DNA of 64,000 nt from a virus. The position numbers and the translations under genes are program-made. This document shows positions 45,067 through 54,559 of the stretch, piece after piece; the stretch's first letter is position 1, and every line of letters begins with the position of its first letter. The notes beneath the pieces were generated by a model that ran no database searches, was not told the DNA's origin, and worked only from the letters and a program-made list of their open reading frames with translations. The stretch is taken from the IMG/VR virus record IMGVR_UViG_3300029551_000174, positions 62,603 to 126,602 of that record; one strand, 5' to 3'.

Positions 45067-46035
45067 ATGGCATATTATAAAGTTAGTGTAGCGGAAATCC
45101 TAAAGGATAAACCAGTAAACACGAAGTTATATTCTCCTTTGTTTGGGGATGTATATTTTTCACATGTAGAGGACAGTATTATAAATGTGGAACATCATGC
45201 AGGAGTATCAAAATTCTTTAATAGTGGCAGATATTACAATTTCGATGAATCAGAGCCGTTATTATTCCCTTCTATGGAAATGCGTGACTGGGAGAAGTTT
45301 TCTTGGAAGAGGGGTGATGTGTTGGTAAATAGCAGAGGTTTAAAGATACTCTTCGATAGATGGGCAAATGACAACTATACTAGTTTCTATGCAAAGACAA
45401 TTAATTTGGTAGAAGATGGTTTTCTTGATACCAATTTACATACTTTAGCATCAGAAAAGGAGGCGAAATCTTTTATCAAATGTATTGAGGAAAAATTGGG
45501 TGGCAAACTCAATCGTGAGACCCTTGAAGTAGAGAAGGCTCAGCCAGAGTTCAAGGATGGGGATATAGTGTATATGGGTAATGCTTGGAATGAATATATT
45601 GGTATTATTAAGAATAGGACAAGTGGTAATCAAATTGAAACATATGCACATTGTCACAAAGATTCTAAAGAGGAAGCGGTATTAGGTCTCTGGCTTAATA
45701 AAAATGATTCTGATGAACTTCGCCTTGCCACTAACTCAGAGAAGCAGCAACTCTTTGACGCTCTAGCAAAGGAAGGCAAGGCTTGGGATGCAGAGACAAA
45801 GACTTTGGAGGACTTGCCAAAGAAGTGCGAGTTCAAGCCTTTCGATAAGGTACTTGTTAGAAATACAGATACAGAAGAATGGTTTCCAGGGTTCTTTGAG
45901 AAGTTTGATAGTACTTGGAATTATCCATATCATATAATGAACCGCCGTTGTATGACAGATTTTGCTTTTAAGCAGTGCATTCCTTACGAGGGAAATGAGC
46001 ACTTGTTAGGTACAACTAAAGACGTGGAGGGCTAA
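45067..46035 (+). CDS. hypothetical protein (full-length paralog of the 5'-partial CDS at 1..619)
   Basis: 322 aa; alignment. Confidence 0.55.
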   Translation: MAYYKVSVAEILKDKPVNTKLYSPLFGDVYFSHVEDSIINVEHHAGVSKFFNSGRYYNFDESEPLLFPSMEMRDWEKFSWKRGDVLVNSRGLKILFDRWANDNYTSFYAKTINLVEDGFLDTNLHTLASEKEAKSFIKCIEEKLGGKLNRETLEVEKAQPEFKDGDIVYMGNAWNEYIGIIKNRTSGNQIETYAHCHKDSKEEAVLGLWLNKNDSDELRLATNSEKQQLFDALAKEGKAWDAETKTLEDLPKKCEFKPFDKVLVRNTDTEEWFPGFFEKFDSTWNYPYHIMNRRCMTDFAFKQCIPYEGNEHLLGTTKDVEG

Positions 46036-46171
46036 TTATGGGCAATGAGGATTTAACGAATTGCATACCTTGGTATTGCCCACCACGCTTTAAGTGTGAA
46101 GATATACAAGATGGTAAGGCGCAAAGAAGAATGCGAAGAAAGAATCAACTTAGAAAAAGAAAGGGTAGATT

Positions 46172-46582
46172 ATGGTAGACGATAAGAAAATAGAATCTGC
46201 AAAGGAAGAAATCTACGATGATAAATTCCTTGGCTGCGGTGAAATGGTAGAAGCCTTCGAAGATGAAGATAAGATGGAAATGTTCGACAAAGAGGACATC
46301 AAAGAAGCTATTGGACTAGGTGCTAAGTGGATGCAAGAAGAATTTTTGAAGGACTTGCGGCATCCTGCTAGCGAAGTTCCTAGAAATGATAACGGAAAGA
46401 TTCTCGCATTCTCAAAAGTTAATAGTAATATTAAGCTCTACGATATGAACGCTATGTTAAATGAAACTGCTTGTGATACATATCAAGAAATGTGGGAAAT
46501 TAGAGTTAGAGCATATACTTTTACTGATTGGGTATTCGTAGATGAACTGTTAGACTTGATTACGAAAGGAGGTGAGCAATGA
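46172..46582 (+). CDS. Highly acidic protein
   Basis: D/E-rich throughout (EEIYDDKF..EMVEAFEDEDKMEMFDKEDIKE). Confidence 0.45.
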   Translation: MVDDKKIESAKEEIYDDKFLGCGEMVEAFEDEDKMEMFDKEDIKEAIGLGAKWMQEEFLKDLRHPASEVPRNDNGKILAFSKVNSNIKLYDMNAMLNETACDTYQEMWEIRVRAYTFTDWVFVDELLDLITKGGEQ

Positions 46583-46902
46583 AAGAGCTTAAAGATTTGG
46601 TTGCTGGTGATGATGTACTAGTTGTAGGTAGGTCTTGCAGACGTATCGCCAAAATTGATAAAGTAACAAAGACTCAAATTGTTGTTAATAACACTAGATT
46701 TAGAAGAGATTCGGGCTGGCAATGCGGTGGTGATAGATGGAATGTTAGAAAAATATCTGTTCCTACAGAAAAGGAAATATCAGATGTTAAAGAAGAGAAT
46801 CTTCGTAAGACTCTCATCTACGCTATCAGTTCTTTTGATTTCAAACGTTTATCAACAGATGTGTTAAAACAAGTGTACAATATTGTAAAAGGCAAAGAAT
46901 GA
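46579..46902 (+). CDS. hypothetical protein (MKELK start)
   Basis: ORF. The start ATGAAAGAGCTTAAAG recurs at 46899. Confidence 0.45.
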   Translation: MKELKDLVAGDDVLVVGRSCRRIAKIDKVTKTQIVVNNTRFRRDSGWQCGGDRWNVRKISVPTEKEISDVKEENLRKTLIYAISSFDFKRLSTDVLKQVYNIVKGKE

Positions 46903-47087
46903 AAGAGCTTAAAGTTGGCGAAAGAGTAACCATTACTCTTGAAGTTGTTGAACGTAAAGGTGGCTGCAAAGGATGTTTCTTTAGTACATCAGGATCGTGT
47001 TTTAAACGTGCTGATTTTGATTTTGCATGTTTAAGATGTGAACGTTCAGACAAAAAGTGTATAATCTTTAAAGAAGTTAAGGAGTAA
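46899..47087 (+). CDS. Small Cys-rich protein (MKELK start)
   Basis: CKGCFFSTSGSCFKRADFDFACLRCERSDKKC. Confidence 0.4.
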   Translation: MKELKVGERVTITLEVVERKGGCKGCFFSTSGSCFKRADFDFACLRCERSDKKCIIFKEVKE

Positions 47088-47092
47088 AGCGT

Positions 47093-47326
47093 ATGAATGG
47101 ATTATTATCAATGATTGGAGTGGTAACTAGAATAGATTATCAAATGGGTGATGATTTTCCTTTTGGTTCTCCAAGCCCTAGACTTGGTACACCAAATGGC
47201 AACATTCCTTCTGATAAACAGAAGTGTCAGCCAAAGGCGCAGCATGAGTTTATCATCAAGGGTATTAAGATTATGGCAGCTTCTAAGAAAGATGCTATCA
47301 AAAAGTATAATCATCGTAAAAAGTAA
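47093..47326 (+). CDS. hypothetical protein
   Basis: Preceded by the junction motif GTAAAGCGTATG. Confidence 0.4.
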   Translation: MNGLLSMIGVVTRIDYQMGDDFPFGSPSPRLGTPNGNIPSDKQKCQPKAQHEFIIKGIKIMAASKKDAIKKYNHRKK

Positions 47327-47331
47327 AGCGT

Positions 47332-47487
47332 ATGGCACAGAAAGAATATAGAATAGTCAAGATAGAGAAGGGTTTGTTTCTTATCGAGCATAGAAGTACA
47401 CCTGATGGAACTTGGCAAGAGGTTGAAGATAAGCAGTTCAAGACTAAGCCAAAGGCTGAAGCTTGGGCTAGAAAGAACTTAGTTTAA
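47332..47487 (+). CDS. hypothetical small protein (52 aa, not in the ORF track)
   Basis: ATG within the junction motif GTAAAGCGTATG. MAQKEYRIVKIEKGLF... Confidence 0.35.
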   Translation: MAQKEYRIVKIEKGLFLIEHRSTPDGTWQEVEDKQFKTKPKAEAWARKNLV

Positions 47488-47500
47488 TAAAGTAAAGCGT

Positions 47501-47956
47501 ATGGATATAGAATACATTCCAGGAGATTTGGTAATGACAAACGGAGTACCACTAGGTACAGCTAAAGATGTCGTTTACAGAGTAACATCATCAGACCCAA
47601 CAAAGACTTTGGAGTTGGACGATGGAACGGTTCTGAAAGGTGTTGTCTGTTTAGAGAACATCGAAGGTGCGGAATTAGGAGATAAAGGCTATCTCTCAGG
47701 TGACTGCTGTGCTTGGGTTAAGGATATTGTTCCTATCCCTCTTACGCCCGCATTTTTGGAGAAGAATGGATGGAAGGTTTCATTAGAGTGTAAATGGATT
47801 TACGTAAAAGAAGATGATGTTAAAGTTTTCAGACTCTTAGACGATATTCATTACGCTGTTTATATAGGATTTGTAAGGCTATTAGAATTTCAACATATTC
47901 ATCAGTTACAACATCTTCTATTTGGTTTAGGGCTTAACTCAGAAATGGAGGTGTAG
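47501..47956 (+). CDS. hypothetical protein
   Basis: Junction motif GTAAAGCGTATG. Confidence 0.45.
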   Translation: MDIEYIPGDLVMTNGVPLGTAKDVVYRVTSSDPTKTLELDDGTVLKGVVCLENIEGAELGDKGYLSGDCCAWVKDIVPIPLTPAFLEKNGWKVSLECKWIYVKEDDVKVFRLLDDIHYAVYIGFVRLLEFQHIHQLQHLLFGLGLNSEMEV

Positions 47957-48141
47957 GTATGTTTATAAGTGAATTTATTCAACAGCTTCAAGATGTTTAC
48001 GATGAAGAGGGTGATATGGAAATTGCCATCAAGATAGATGATAACGACTTAGGTTCTGAACCTATTGTAGTGAAATCTACTGTTTATGAACAACTTTATA
48101 TAGTTAATTCCTAACCGCCTTCGGGCATAAAATATAAAGAT

Positions 48142-48363
48142 ATGACAGAAGAAAGATTATCTAGAGCTAACGAATTAAGCAACTTTGTTAATGCTTATAA
48201 AGAAGTTATCGGTAGATATTGTAATGGCATGAGTGCTAATGAAAACAGACTGGGGAGTGCTCTAATAGATATAAACAAGTATGCGCCAAAAGAATCTGCC
48301 GACATAAAGAATGCTATAAAAAAGGCTTTAAATAGCATTCAAAAAGAGTTTGACGAGCTTTAG
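48142..48363 (+). CDS. hypothetical protein
   Basis: Preceded by a hairpin plus AT-rich junction. Confidence 0.4.
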   Translation: MTEERLSRANELSNFVNAYKEVIGRYCNGMSANENRLGSALIDINKYAPKESADIKNAIKKALNSIQKEFDEL

Positions 48364-48399
48364 TAACTAACCTCCCTTATGGGATAAAATATAAGTAAT

Positions 48400-48729
48400 A
48401 TGACAGAAATAGAATTATACAACGAATTAAAGAATGTAGAAGGTCGTTTAAAGATGATGGATTCGCAAATATTAGAGCTTCACATAAAGGAGAATGATAT
48501 AATGAACGACTTTCTAAGTTTGTTACCTTTTCAGAAAGGTGACAAGGTGAAAGATAAAGATGGCAATATCTTTATCATAGAACATCTAAAAGATGCCATA
48601 TCTCTTGACAAGAATGAAATCAAGGTTCATTTTCTTATCCGAAAAATAAAGAAAAACGGAGAACCTTATCAATACGCAAACCAAGCTTGGGGAATTGATT
48701 ATTTTTCCCTTGAGAAAGTAGTAGAGTAA
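48400..48729 (+). CDS. hypothetical protein
   Basis: Preceded by a hairpin plus AT-rich junction. Confidence 0.4.
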   Translation: MTEIELYNELKNVEGRLKMMDSQILELHIKENDIMNDFLSLLPFQKGDKVKDKDGNIFIIEHLKDAISLDKNEIKVHFLIRKIKKNGEPYQYANQAWGIDYFSLEKVVE

Positions 48730-48763
48730 TAACCATCCTGCAAAGGATATAAATGTAAGTAAT

Positions 48764-49255
48764 ATGGAACAAATTTCATTAGAAGACAAAGTTAGTGAAA
48801 CTTTGGGTTGGCTCGCAAATCAAATTGCGTGTACTCAAGTATATAAAAAGTGGGGCGAAGAATTTAAAAAGGAAAGTCTCAACGCTGCTTGGCAAAAAGT
48901 TCAAGAACAGTTTAAGAAAGATATTGATTGGAATACTCTTACGGAAAGTCAGTGTAAGGCTTTGCATTTTGGAAGTTGGCAATCCGAAGAAGATGTTGAG
49001 GAAGAAATTTCTTGTTTACAATCTGAATTAGACAAGGGACATCTTACAAAAGAGGAATTTGATAAGAAGGTTGCCAACGAGAAAAATACTCTTGGACTTC
49101 GTTTGATTCCTCTATATCTCTATCCTTCATTGCCAATCGGTATTACCCTAACGTCTATTTGTGGAGAAGAGAGAGTTTTTGATGGCTCAAACATTGATAC
49201 GATATTAGATTTGGATGCCTTGCATGGGGGATTAAGCCGAAAAAAGATTAACTAA
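48764..49255 (+). CDS. hypothetical protein
   Basis: Preceded by a hairpin plus AT-rich junction. Confidence 0.45.
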   Translation: MEQISLEDKVSETLGWLANQIACTQVYKKWGEEFKKESLNAAWQKVQEQFKKDIDWNTLTESQCKALHFGSWQSEEDVEEEISCLQSELDKGHLTKEEFDKKVANEKNTLGLRLIPLYLYPSLPIGITLTSICGEERVFDGSNIDTILDLDALHGGLSRKKIN

Positions 49256-49297
49256 CCACCCTCTCCTGTAATAGGGAGAGGGATAATTAAGAAGAAT

Positions 49298-49750
49298 ATG
49301 TACGCAAAAGTAAAAAAGACAGGAGAAATTTTATATGATGCTTATATGGACGAGATTGATAATGGCTACTATCTCGTTAAAGGCATAGACAAAGAAGGTA
49401 AAAAATGCTCGTTCTATCCTCATGAGACAACGGACTTGTATAGTTCAACAAAACTTATAGTTTCTTTCAATAAAAAAGAAGAAGACACTAAACATGTGTG
49501 CTTTCTAGGTAAGGGTGGTTGCGTCTTATGTGGTGGTGGGGAAGACTCAGAGATGAGTAAACTGTGCCATACGCTATGGATGCCACCAAAAGAATATGAT
49601 AAAGAGCAACATTGTATTTGTAATAGATATGATACTACTTCTTGCAATTTTACAGAAATGGATATGAGTAAAGTGTTTATACTTGCAAAGAATGGTCGTT
49701 ATATACCTTTTGAGGAAGCACTGAAAATGAGAGAAAGAATTAATGTATAA
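49298..49750 (+). CDS. hypothetical Cys-rich protein
   Basis: Multiple CxxC (CVLCGGGE, HCICNRYDTTSC). Confidence 0.45.
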   Translation: MYAKVKKTGEILYDAYMDEIDNGYYLVKGIDKEGKKCSFYPHETTDLYSSTKLIVSFNKKEEDTKHVCFLGKGGCVLCGGGEDSEMSKLCHTLWMPPKEYDKEQHCICNRYDTTSCNFTEMDMSKVFILAKNGRYIPFEEALKMRERINV

Positions 49751-49896
49751 CAGTATCAAACAGATTCAGACTAACAAGCCAACTCGCAGTCCTCCAAGAG
49801 ATAGCTGCCGACTATCAAGGCAAAACTATTGACAACATCATTCAGAAGATGGGGCAAGGCTTGACGAAGTGATTAAACAAGAAACAATATAGAATT

Positions 49897-50202
49897 ATGG
49901 ATAAGAAAGAGAAATCAATCAATAGTCATATTGATAAGGCTATAGGCTATTCAGATAAGGCTCATGACGAGTTGCAAATCGCTCTAAATATTGCTTTGGA
50001 AGGAAAAGGGCTTAGTGACGAGGAAAAGGAACTTTTAAGCGTTGGCTTTGCAACAGGATCAGAAGAAGCCGTAGAGCGTGTTGCTGATGGTAGTTGTAAT
50101 GATGAATATATCAGTGCATGGGATAGCCCAATTAGAGACTGCCGAATATCTGAGGTATATCACATGACAGGTGAGCAGATACGTGAATATTTTAATTTAT
50201 AA
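49897..50202 (+). CDS. hypothetical protein
   Basis: ORF. Confidence 0.4.
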   Translation: MDKKEKSINSHIDKAIGYSDKAHDELQIALNIALEGKGLSDEEKELLSVGFATGSEEAVERVADGSCNDEYISAWDSPIRDCRISEVYHMTGEQIREYFNL

Positions 50203-50204
50203 CT

Positions 50205-50543
50205 ATGGATAAGAAGAAAGTTACAGAGCTGATACAAGAAGCAAAACATTTAGCAATTTTACGCAAATATGAAAACAGACAGACATATTTGAATAATTGC
50301 ATTTGTCGTTTGGAAGAAGCTTTGAAGGAACTCAACAAGCCAGACTGGGTATCTGTTGAGGATGAGCTTCCCCCTTATTATGAGGCTGTCTTGGTCTGTC
50401 ATAAAGATTTCCCATGCAATGTAAGAATTGCGAACAGGGTAGCAGGAGAAAGAAATAGCTTCATTGATTCTAATGGTTTTACACATGATGAGTTCGATTT
50501 ACCCGTATCTCATTGGAAACCTATTGAAAAGTTGGAGGATTAA
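50205..50543 (+). CDS. hypothetical protein
   Basis: ORF. Confidence 0.4.
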   Translation: MDKKKVTELIQEAKHLAILRKYENRQTYLNNCICRLEEALKELNKPDWVSVEDELPPYYEAVLVCHKDFPCNVRIANRVAGERNSFIDSNGFTHDEFDLPVSHWKPIEKLED

Positions 50544-50705
50544 TTATGAATAAAGAAAATATAAAGAAATTAATACAGAAAGCTGAGGAAAATGTTTATG
50601 CAATTAATTATAAATATTTAACTACCAATGTTGATGATAAATTAATAGCTGCTATTGAATACATTATTCAAGCACTTAAAGGTCTTAAAGAGTTGGAGGA
50701 TTGAT

Positions 50706-50909
50706 ATGACAAAGCAAGAAGCAATGGCTTTCGCTATCAGCGTAGGAAAGCCGATAAGACATAACTCATTTTCAAAAGGTGAGTTTGTTCAATACAAAGG
50801 AAAGGAGTTAGTTGATGAAGAAGGAACTATCCTTCCTCAACAAGAGTTTTGGGCTATCCGTTCAGGTGGCTCTTGGGAGAATGGATGGGAAGAATATAAA
50901 GAGGATTGA
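50706..50909 (+). CDS. hypothetical protein
   Basis: ATG preceded by GGAGGATTGAT. Confidence 0.4.
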   Translation: MTKQEAMAFAISVGKPIRHNSFSKGEFVQYKGKELVDEEGTILPQQEFWAIRSGGSWENGWEEYKED

Positions 50910-51334
50910 TTATGACAAGAGAAGAAGCTAAAGAATTTTATCCTATTCTGCAAGATTATGCTGAAGGAAAGGTGATTGAGTGTAGAACCAAACCGAGTGC
51001 CTTAGAAGGTACAGATGTTCCGAATGATTGGGCGGAAATGAAGGAGATTGAGTACTGGAATAATACAGAGTATCGCATCAAGCCAGATAGTAAGGCGAAA
51101 GCAAAGTACCGCCCTTTTGCCAATGTAGAAGAATGTTGGCAGGAGATGTTAAAGCATCAGCCTTTTGGATGGGTGAAGAACAATAACCTCTATCGGAATA
51201 TCTTAGAAACAAGCGATGGAGCTATTTTTTTACCATCATTTCCTGGGGAGATGTTTGTGTCTTCTTTTAATAAGGCTAAGGAAAAATTCACCTTTGCTGA
51301 TGGGACACCCTTCGGTGTAAAAGTGGAGGAATAG
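50906..51334 (+). CDS. hypothetical protein
   Basis: ORF; overlapping start. Confidence 0.45.
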   Translation: MIMTREEAKEFYPILQDYAEGKVIECRTKPSALEGTDVPNDWAEMKEIEYWNNTEYRIKPDSKAKAKYRPFANVEECWQEMLKHQPFGWVKNNNLYRNILETSDGAIFLPSFPGEMFVSSFNKAKEKFTFADGTPFGVKVEE

Positions 51335-51336
51335 TT

Positions 51337-51558
51337 ATGGATAAAAACGTTTGTGATAATACATTAGTCTTTGGTAGCTGCTATGCTAGAAGCTGTATTG
51401 AAGTGCCTTCTTTAAAGGCAGGAAGAGCGAAATGGAAGGCTTTCTATGATAAGTTCCCTTGGCTTAAAGGTCAACCTTTCTATCTTAGACGTTCATGCTT
51501 CTGGGATGGAGGTGAAAGAAATTTGAATGCAATAAAGATAAAACTTAAAAAGATATAG
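51337..51558 (+). CDS. hypothetical protein
   Basis: ORF. Confidence 0.4.
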   Translation: MDKNVCDNTLVFGSCYARSCIEVPSLKAGRAKWKAFYDKFPWLKGQPFYLRRSCFWDGGERNLNAIKIKLKKI

Positions 51559-51560
51559 TT

Positions 51561-51815
51561 ATGGCAACATATAGAATAGTAGATATGTATCATAAAAGCA
51601 AGGCTGTTAAAGGCATACATTATGATTCTTGGAATGAGCCAATCTTTGCGTATCGTGTAGATAAGAGACATTCATTGTTATTTGGACTTATCCATTATTG
51701 GGATTATGGTGCATATAACCTTTGCCCAGAGTATTTGTTTTCTTCGATTGATAAAGCCAAGGATGCTATATTGAAGGTTGATAAAAGTAGAAGAGTAACA
51801 ATTTTATATAAGTAG
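51561..51815 (+). CDS. hypothetical protein
   Basis: ORF. Confidence 0.4.
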   Translation: MATYRIVDMYHKSKAVKGIHYDSWNEPIFAYRVDKRHSLLFGLIHYWDYGAYNLCPEYLFSSIDKAKDAILKVDKSRRVTILYK

Positions 51816-51818
51816 CTT

Positions 51819-52184
51819 ATGAAAGTAGAAAATATCAAATTCAAGGCAAAGAGTTTCTTGGATGGAGCTTGGGTACAAGGAGATTTGGTGCATAAAGAAG
51901 ATGGAGCGATTTGCATATTAAGAAACGGATTTAATGTATCAGAAGTTGACCCTTCTACAGTCTGTCAGTTTACAGGTCTGAAAGATTTTGAGGGCAATGA
52001 AATTTGGGAAGGTGATATTATAAGTAGCCCACACTTTGAACGTGTAGCCACAGTAAAATGGGATGATTCTTTATGTGGTTTTAAATGTTCAGATGTTACT
52101 GGGAATATTAATTTTTCTTTTACAGCTATTGCTCACTGTTCTGAATGGTCTATTGTTGGTAATGAATTCGATAAAAAGAAGTAG
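51819..52184 (+). CDS. hypothetical protein
   Basis: ORF. Confidence 0.4.
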   Translation: MKVENIKFKAKSFLDGAWVQGDLVHKEDGAICILRNGFNVSEVDPSTVCQFTGLKDFEGNEIWEGDIISSPHFERVATVKWDDSLCGFKCSDVTGNINFSFTAIAHCSEWSIVGNEFDKKK

Positions 52185-52187
52185 CGT

Positions 52188-52475
52188 ATGAAGAAAAAGA
52201 TTTTAGACTTAGCCAAGTCAGCCGTTTGGTTCGTCTTGTGCTTGCTTGTAGGAGCATTGATATTTGAGGGCATCCGCTCTTTGGCTAATAGCGATGAACC
52301 TGCAAGGGATTTTGGTACATCTGTATTCACCAAGAAAGGGCACGACTATCTGCTAGTAGATACGAAACACGGAGTTTGTGTTATTCACGCCGAGAGCTGC
52401 CATTGCCGTTTAGACACCTTGGGTATCTATGTGGTTGATAACAAAGATACAACTTATGTGATTAAAAAGAAGTAG
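52188..52475 (+). CDS. Small membrane protein
   Basis: TM helix SAVWFVLCLLVGALIF. Junction motif. Confidence 0.4.
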   Translation: MKKKILDLAKSAVWFVLCLLVGALIFEGIRSLANSDEPARDFGTSVFTKKGHDYLLVDTKHGVCVIHAESCHCRLDTLGIYVVDNKDTTYVIKKK

Positions 52476-52478
52476 CGT

Positions 52479-52739
52479 ATGAGTCTTAAAAAGAAAGAAA
52501 AACTAACGGCATATTGGGATAAGAAAGAGAACTGTATTGGTGCTTATCACCCTCTAGGGTTTATGACCCAAACAGATGCTCATTATCTCTTTGATAATGT
52601 CTTTACCAAAGAGTTTGTCAAAGAAATGACTGATAGAGGATATGATGTTACAACGATGAAGTTTGAAATCTCTCCCAAGCTGCCGAACTATGAGCGGTTC
52701 AATGGCTTATCAAAAAAGTATTGCAGAAAGGAGAAGTAG
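52479..52739 (+). CDS. hypothetical protein
   Basis: Junction motif. Confidence 0.4.
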   Translation: MSLKKKEKLTAYWDKKENCIGAYHPLGFMTQTDAHYLFDNVFTKEFVKEMTDRGYDVTTMKFEISPKLPNYERFNGLSKKYCRKEK

Positions 52740-52742
52740 CGT

Positions 52743-52910
52743 ATGAAGAAACAAATAGTCTTAGACGAACAAGATATTAAAGAGTTCCACGAGGATGCGG
52801 AGCATCTACGTTGGCTATATAACAGAATGGTGTGTGAGTATGGTGAAAGCGTTAACTTTGATTACATGCACCGTTTTGCCAAGATATTCAATAAATTAAA
52901 GCAATTATAG
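52743..52910 (+). CDS. hypothetical small protein (55 aa, not in the ORF track)
   Basis: ATG in the junction motif GTAGCGTATG. Confidence 0.35.
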   Translation: MKKQIVLDEQDIKEFHEDAEHLRWLYNRMVCEYGESVNFDYMHRFAKIFNKLKQL

Positions 52911-52913
52911 CGT

Positions 52914-53114
52914 ATGAAGATTAGATTAGCAAAGAAAATAATGAAGCATAAATGTACTTTCCTCGATTTAGAAGAGGAGTACAAAAAGAAAGGGTATAAT
53001 GTAAAGTGGTTGCTTGCATGGGCATCTTACGATAAAAGAAAGATGTGTCGGAATGCCTTACCATTTGACCACCGCATCACCAAGGCGATAAGTTTAACAA
53101 GTAAAAAGAAATGA
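52914..53114 (+). CDS. hypothetical protein
   Basis: Junction motif. Confidence 0.4.
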   Translation: MKIRLAKKIMKHKCTFLDLEEEYKKKGYNVKWLLAWASYDKRKMCRNALPFDHRITKAISLTSKKK

Positions 53115-53117
53115 GAT

Positions 53118-54323
53118 ATGAATGAGTTTACAAAGGTCTTTGCAAAGACAATAGAAGATGAAGCTATCAAGCAGATAGAAGTTCTATCCAATAGCGATGC
53201 TTACTCTGGTTGTGAAATAAGAATAATGCCAGATTGTCACGCAGGTAAAGGCTGTACTATTGGCACGGTGATAGAGCTGGACAAAAGAGTAGTTCCTAAC
53301 ACCGTAGGAGTAGATATAGGTTGTGGAATGAAAGTCGTTAGACTTGGTAAAGTTAATATTAATCTACAGAAATTTGACGAAGCAGTCAATACGTTGATTC
53401 CATCTGGTTTCAATATCAACGAAGAAGCTTCTGCATTCATACATGGATTAGTTGACGGCAATATGTTTGGTAAATTTCGTTCTTGGGATAGTATTAATGG
53501 GATGGATATAGTATATCGTTCTGTTGGTTCTCTTGGTGGGGGTAATCACTTTATAGAGTTAGATGCAAACGAAGAGGGTGAGAAGTTTCTTGTGATACAT
53601 ACAGGAAGTAGAAACCTTGGAGTTAGGGTATGCAACTATTACCAAAACCTTGCTTACCAGTATTGCCACAAGAAGGCTGCCGATAAGTCGGAGGTTATTG
53701 CCAAGCTAAAAAGCGAAGGCAGAGAAAATGAGATACAGAGTGTTATTAAGTCATTAGGTACTAAAAATATAAGCAAGGAACTTTCTTACTTGGAAGGTGA
53801 TTTGCTCAATGACTACCTCAATGATATGCGCATAGTTCAAAAATATGCTGAACAAAACAGAATGATTATCGCCAACAGACTTGTAAATGCTTTAGGTGTA
53901 GATATTGATGCTAATTCAGATAAGTATTCTTTTACAACCATTCACAACTATATAGATACAGACAAGGGTATATTGCGAAAGGGAGCTATCAGTGCAAAAA
54001 AGGATGAGGTAGTCATTATCCCAATGAATATGCGTGATGGTTCTCTTATCTGCAAGGGAAAAGGTAACAAAGATTGGCTATGCTCTGCCCCTCATGGCGC
54101 AGGTAGATTAATGTCTCGTACACAGGCAAAGAAAGAGTTATCTATGGATTCTTACAAGAATGAAATGAATGGTATTTATTCCACATCAGTTTGTGAAGAA
54201 ACCATTGATGAAGCACCTATGGCATACAAGCCAACCGAAGAAATTGTTGAGTTAATCAAACCTACGGTTGATGTCATTGATGTCATTAAGCCAATTTACA
54301 ACTTTAAAGCAAAATCATTATGA
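53118..54323 (+). CDS. rtcB: RNA ligase RtcB (3'-phosphate/5'-OH RNA ligase)
   Basis: Metal-binding motifs IMPDCHAGKGCTIGTV and GGNHFIEL. 401 aa. Confidence 0.8.
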   Translation: MNEFTKVFAKTIEDEAIKQIEVLSNSDAYSGCEIRIMPDCHAGKGCTIGTVIELDKRVVPNTVGVDIGCGMKVVRLGKVNINLQKFDEAVNTLIPSGFNINEEASAFIHGLVDGNMFGKFRSWDSINGMDIVYRSVGSLGGGNHFIELDANEEGEKFLVIHTGSRNLGVRVCNYYQNLAYQYCHKKAADKSEVIAKLKSEGRENEIQSVIKSLGTKNISKELSYLEGDLLNDYLNDMRIVQKYAEQNRMIIANRLVNALGVDIDANSDKYSFTTIHNYIDTDKGILRKGAISAKKDEVVIIPMNMRDGSLICKGKGNKDWLCSAPHGAGRLMSRTQAKKELSMDSYKNEMNGIYSTSVCEETIDEAPMAYKPTEEIVELIKPTVDVIDVIKPIYNFKAKSL

Positions 54324-54559
54324 GCAAGGAAACATTTGACTTCTCGGAGGCTCTGAGAAGAATGAAGGAAGGGAAGAAAGTGAGAAGAATCGGCTGGGGT
54401 ATAGTTGACAAACTATGGATAGATAAAGATAAAAATATCAACATTTTCTATAAAGCAACAACACATTCTTCGGAAGGTTTCATTCATATTTTTCCAAGTT
54501 GTTGGAGTTATTTCACTTGCGAAGATATTCTCGCAACAGACTGGGAGGAGGTGGAATGA
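54320..54559 (+). CDS. hypothetical protein
   Basis: Overlaps the rtcB stop. Confidence 0.4.
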   Translation: MSKETFDFSEALRRMKEGKKVRRIGWGIVDKLWIDKDKNINIFYKATTHSSEGFIHIFPSCWSYFTCEDILATDWEEVE

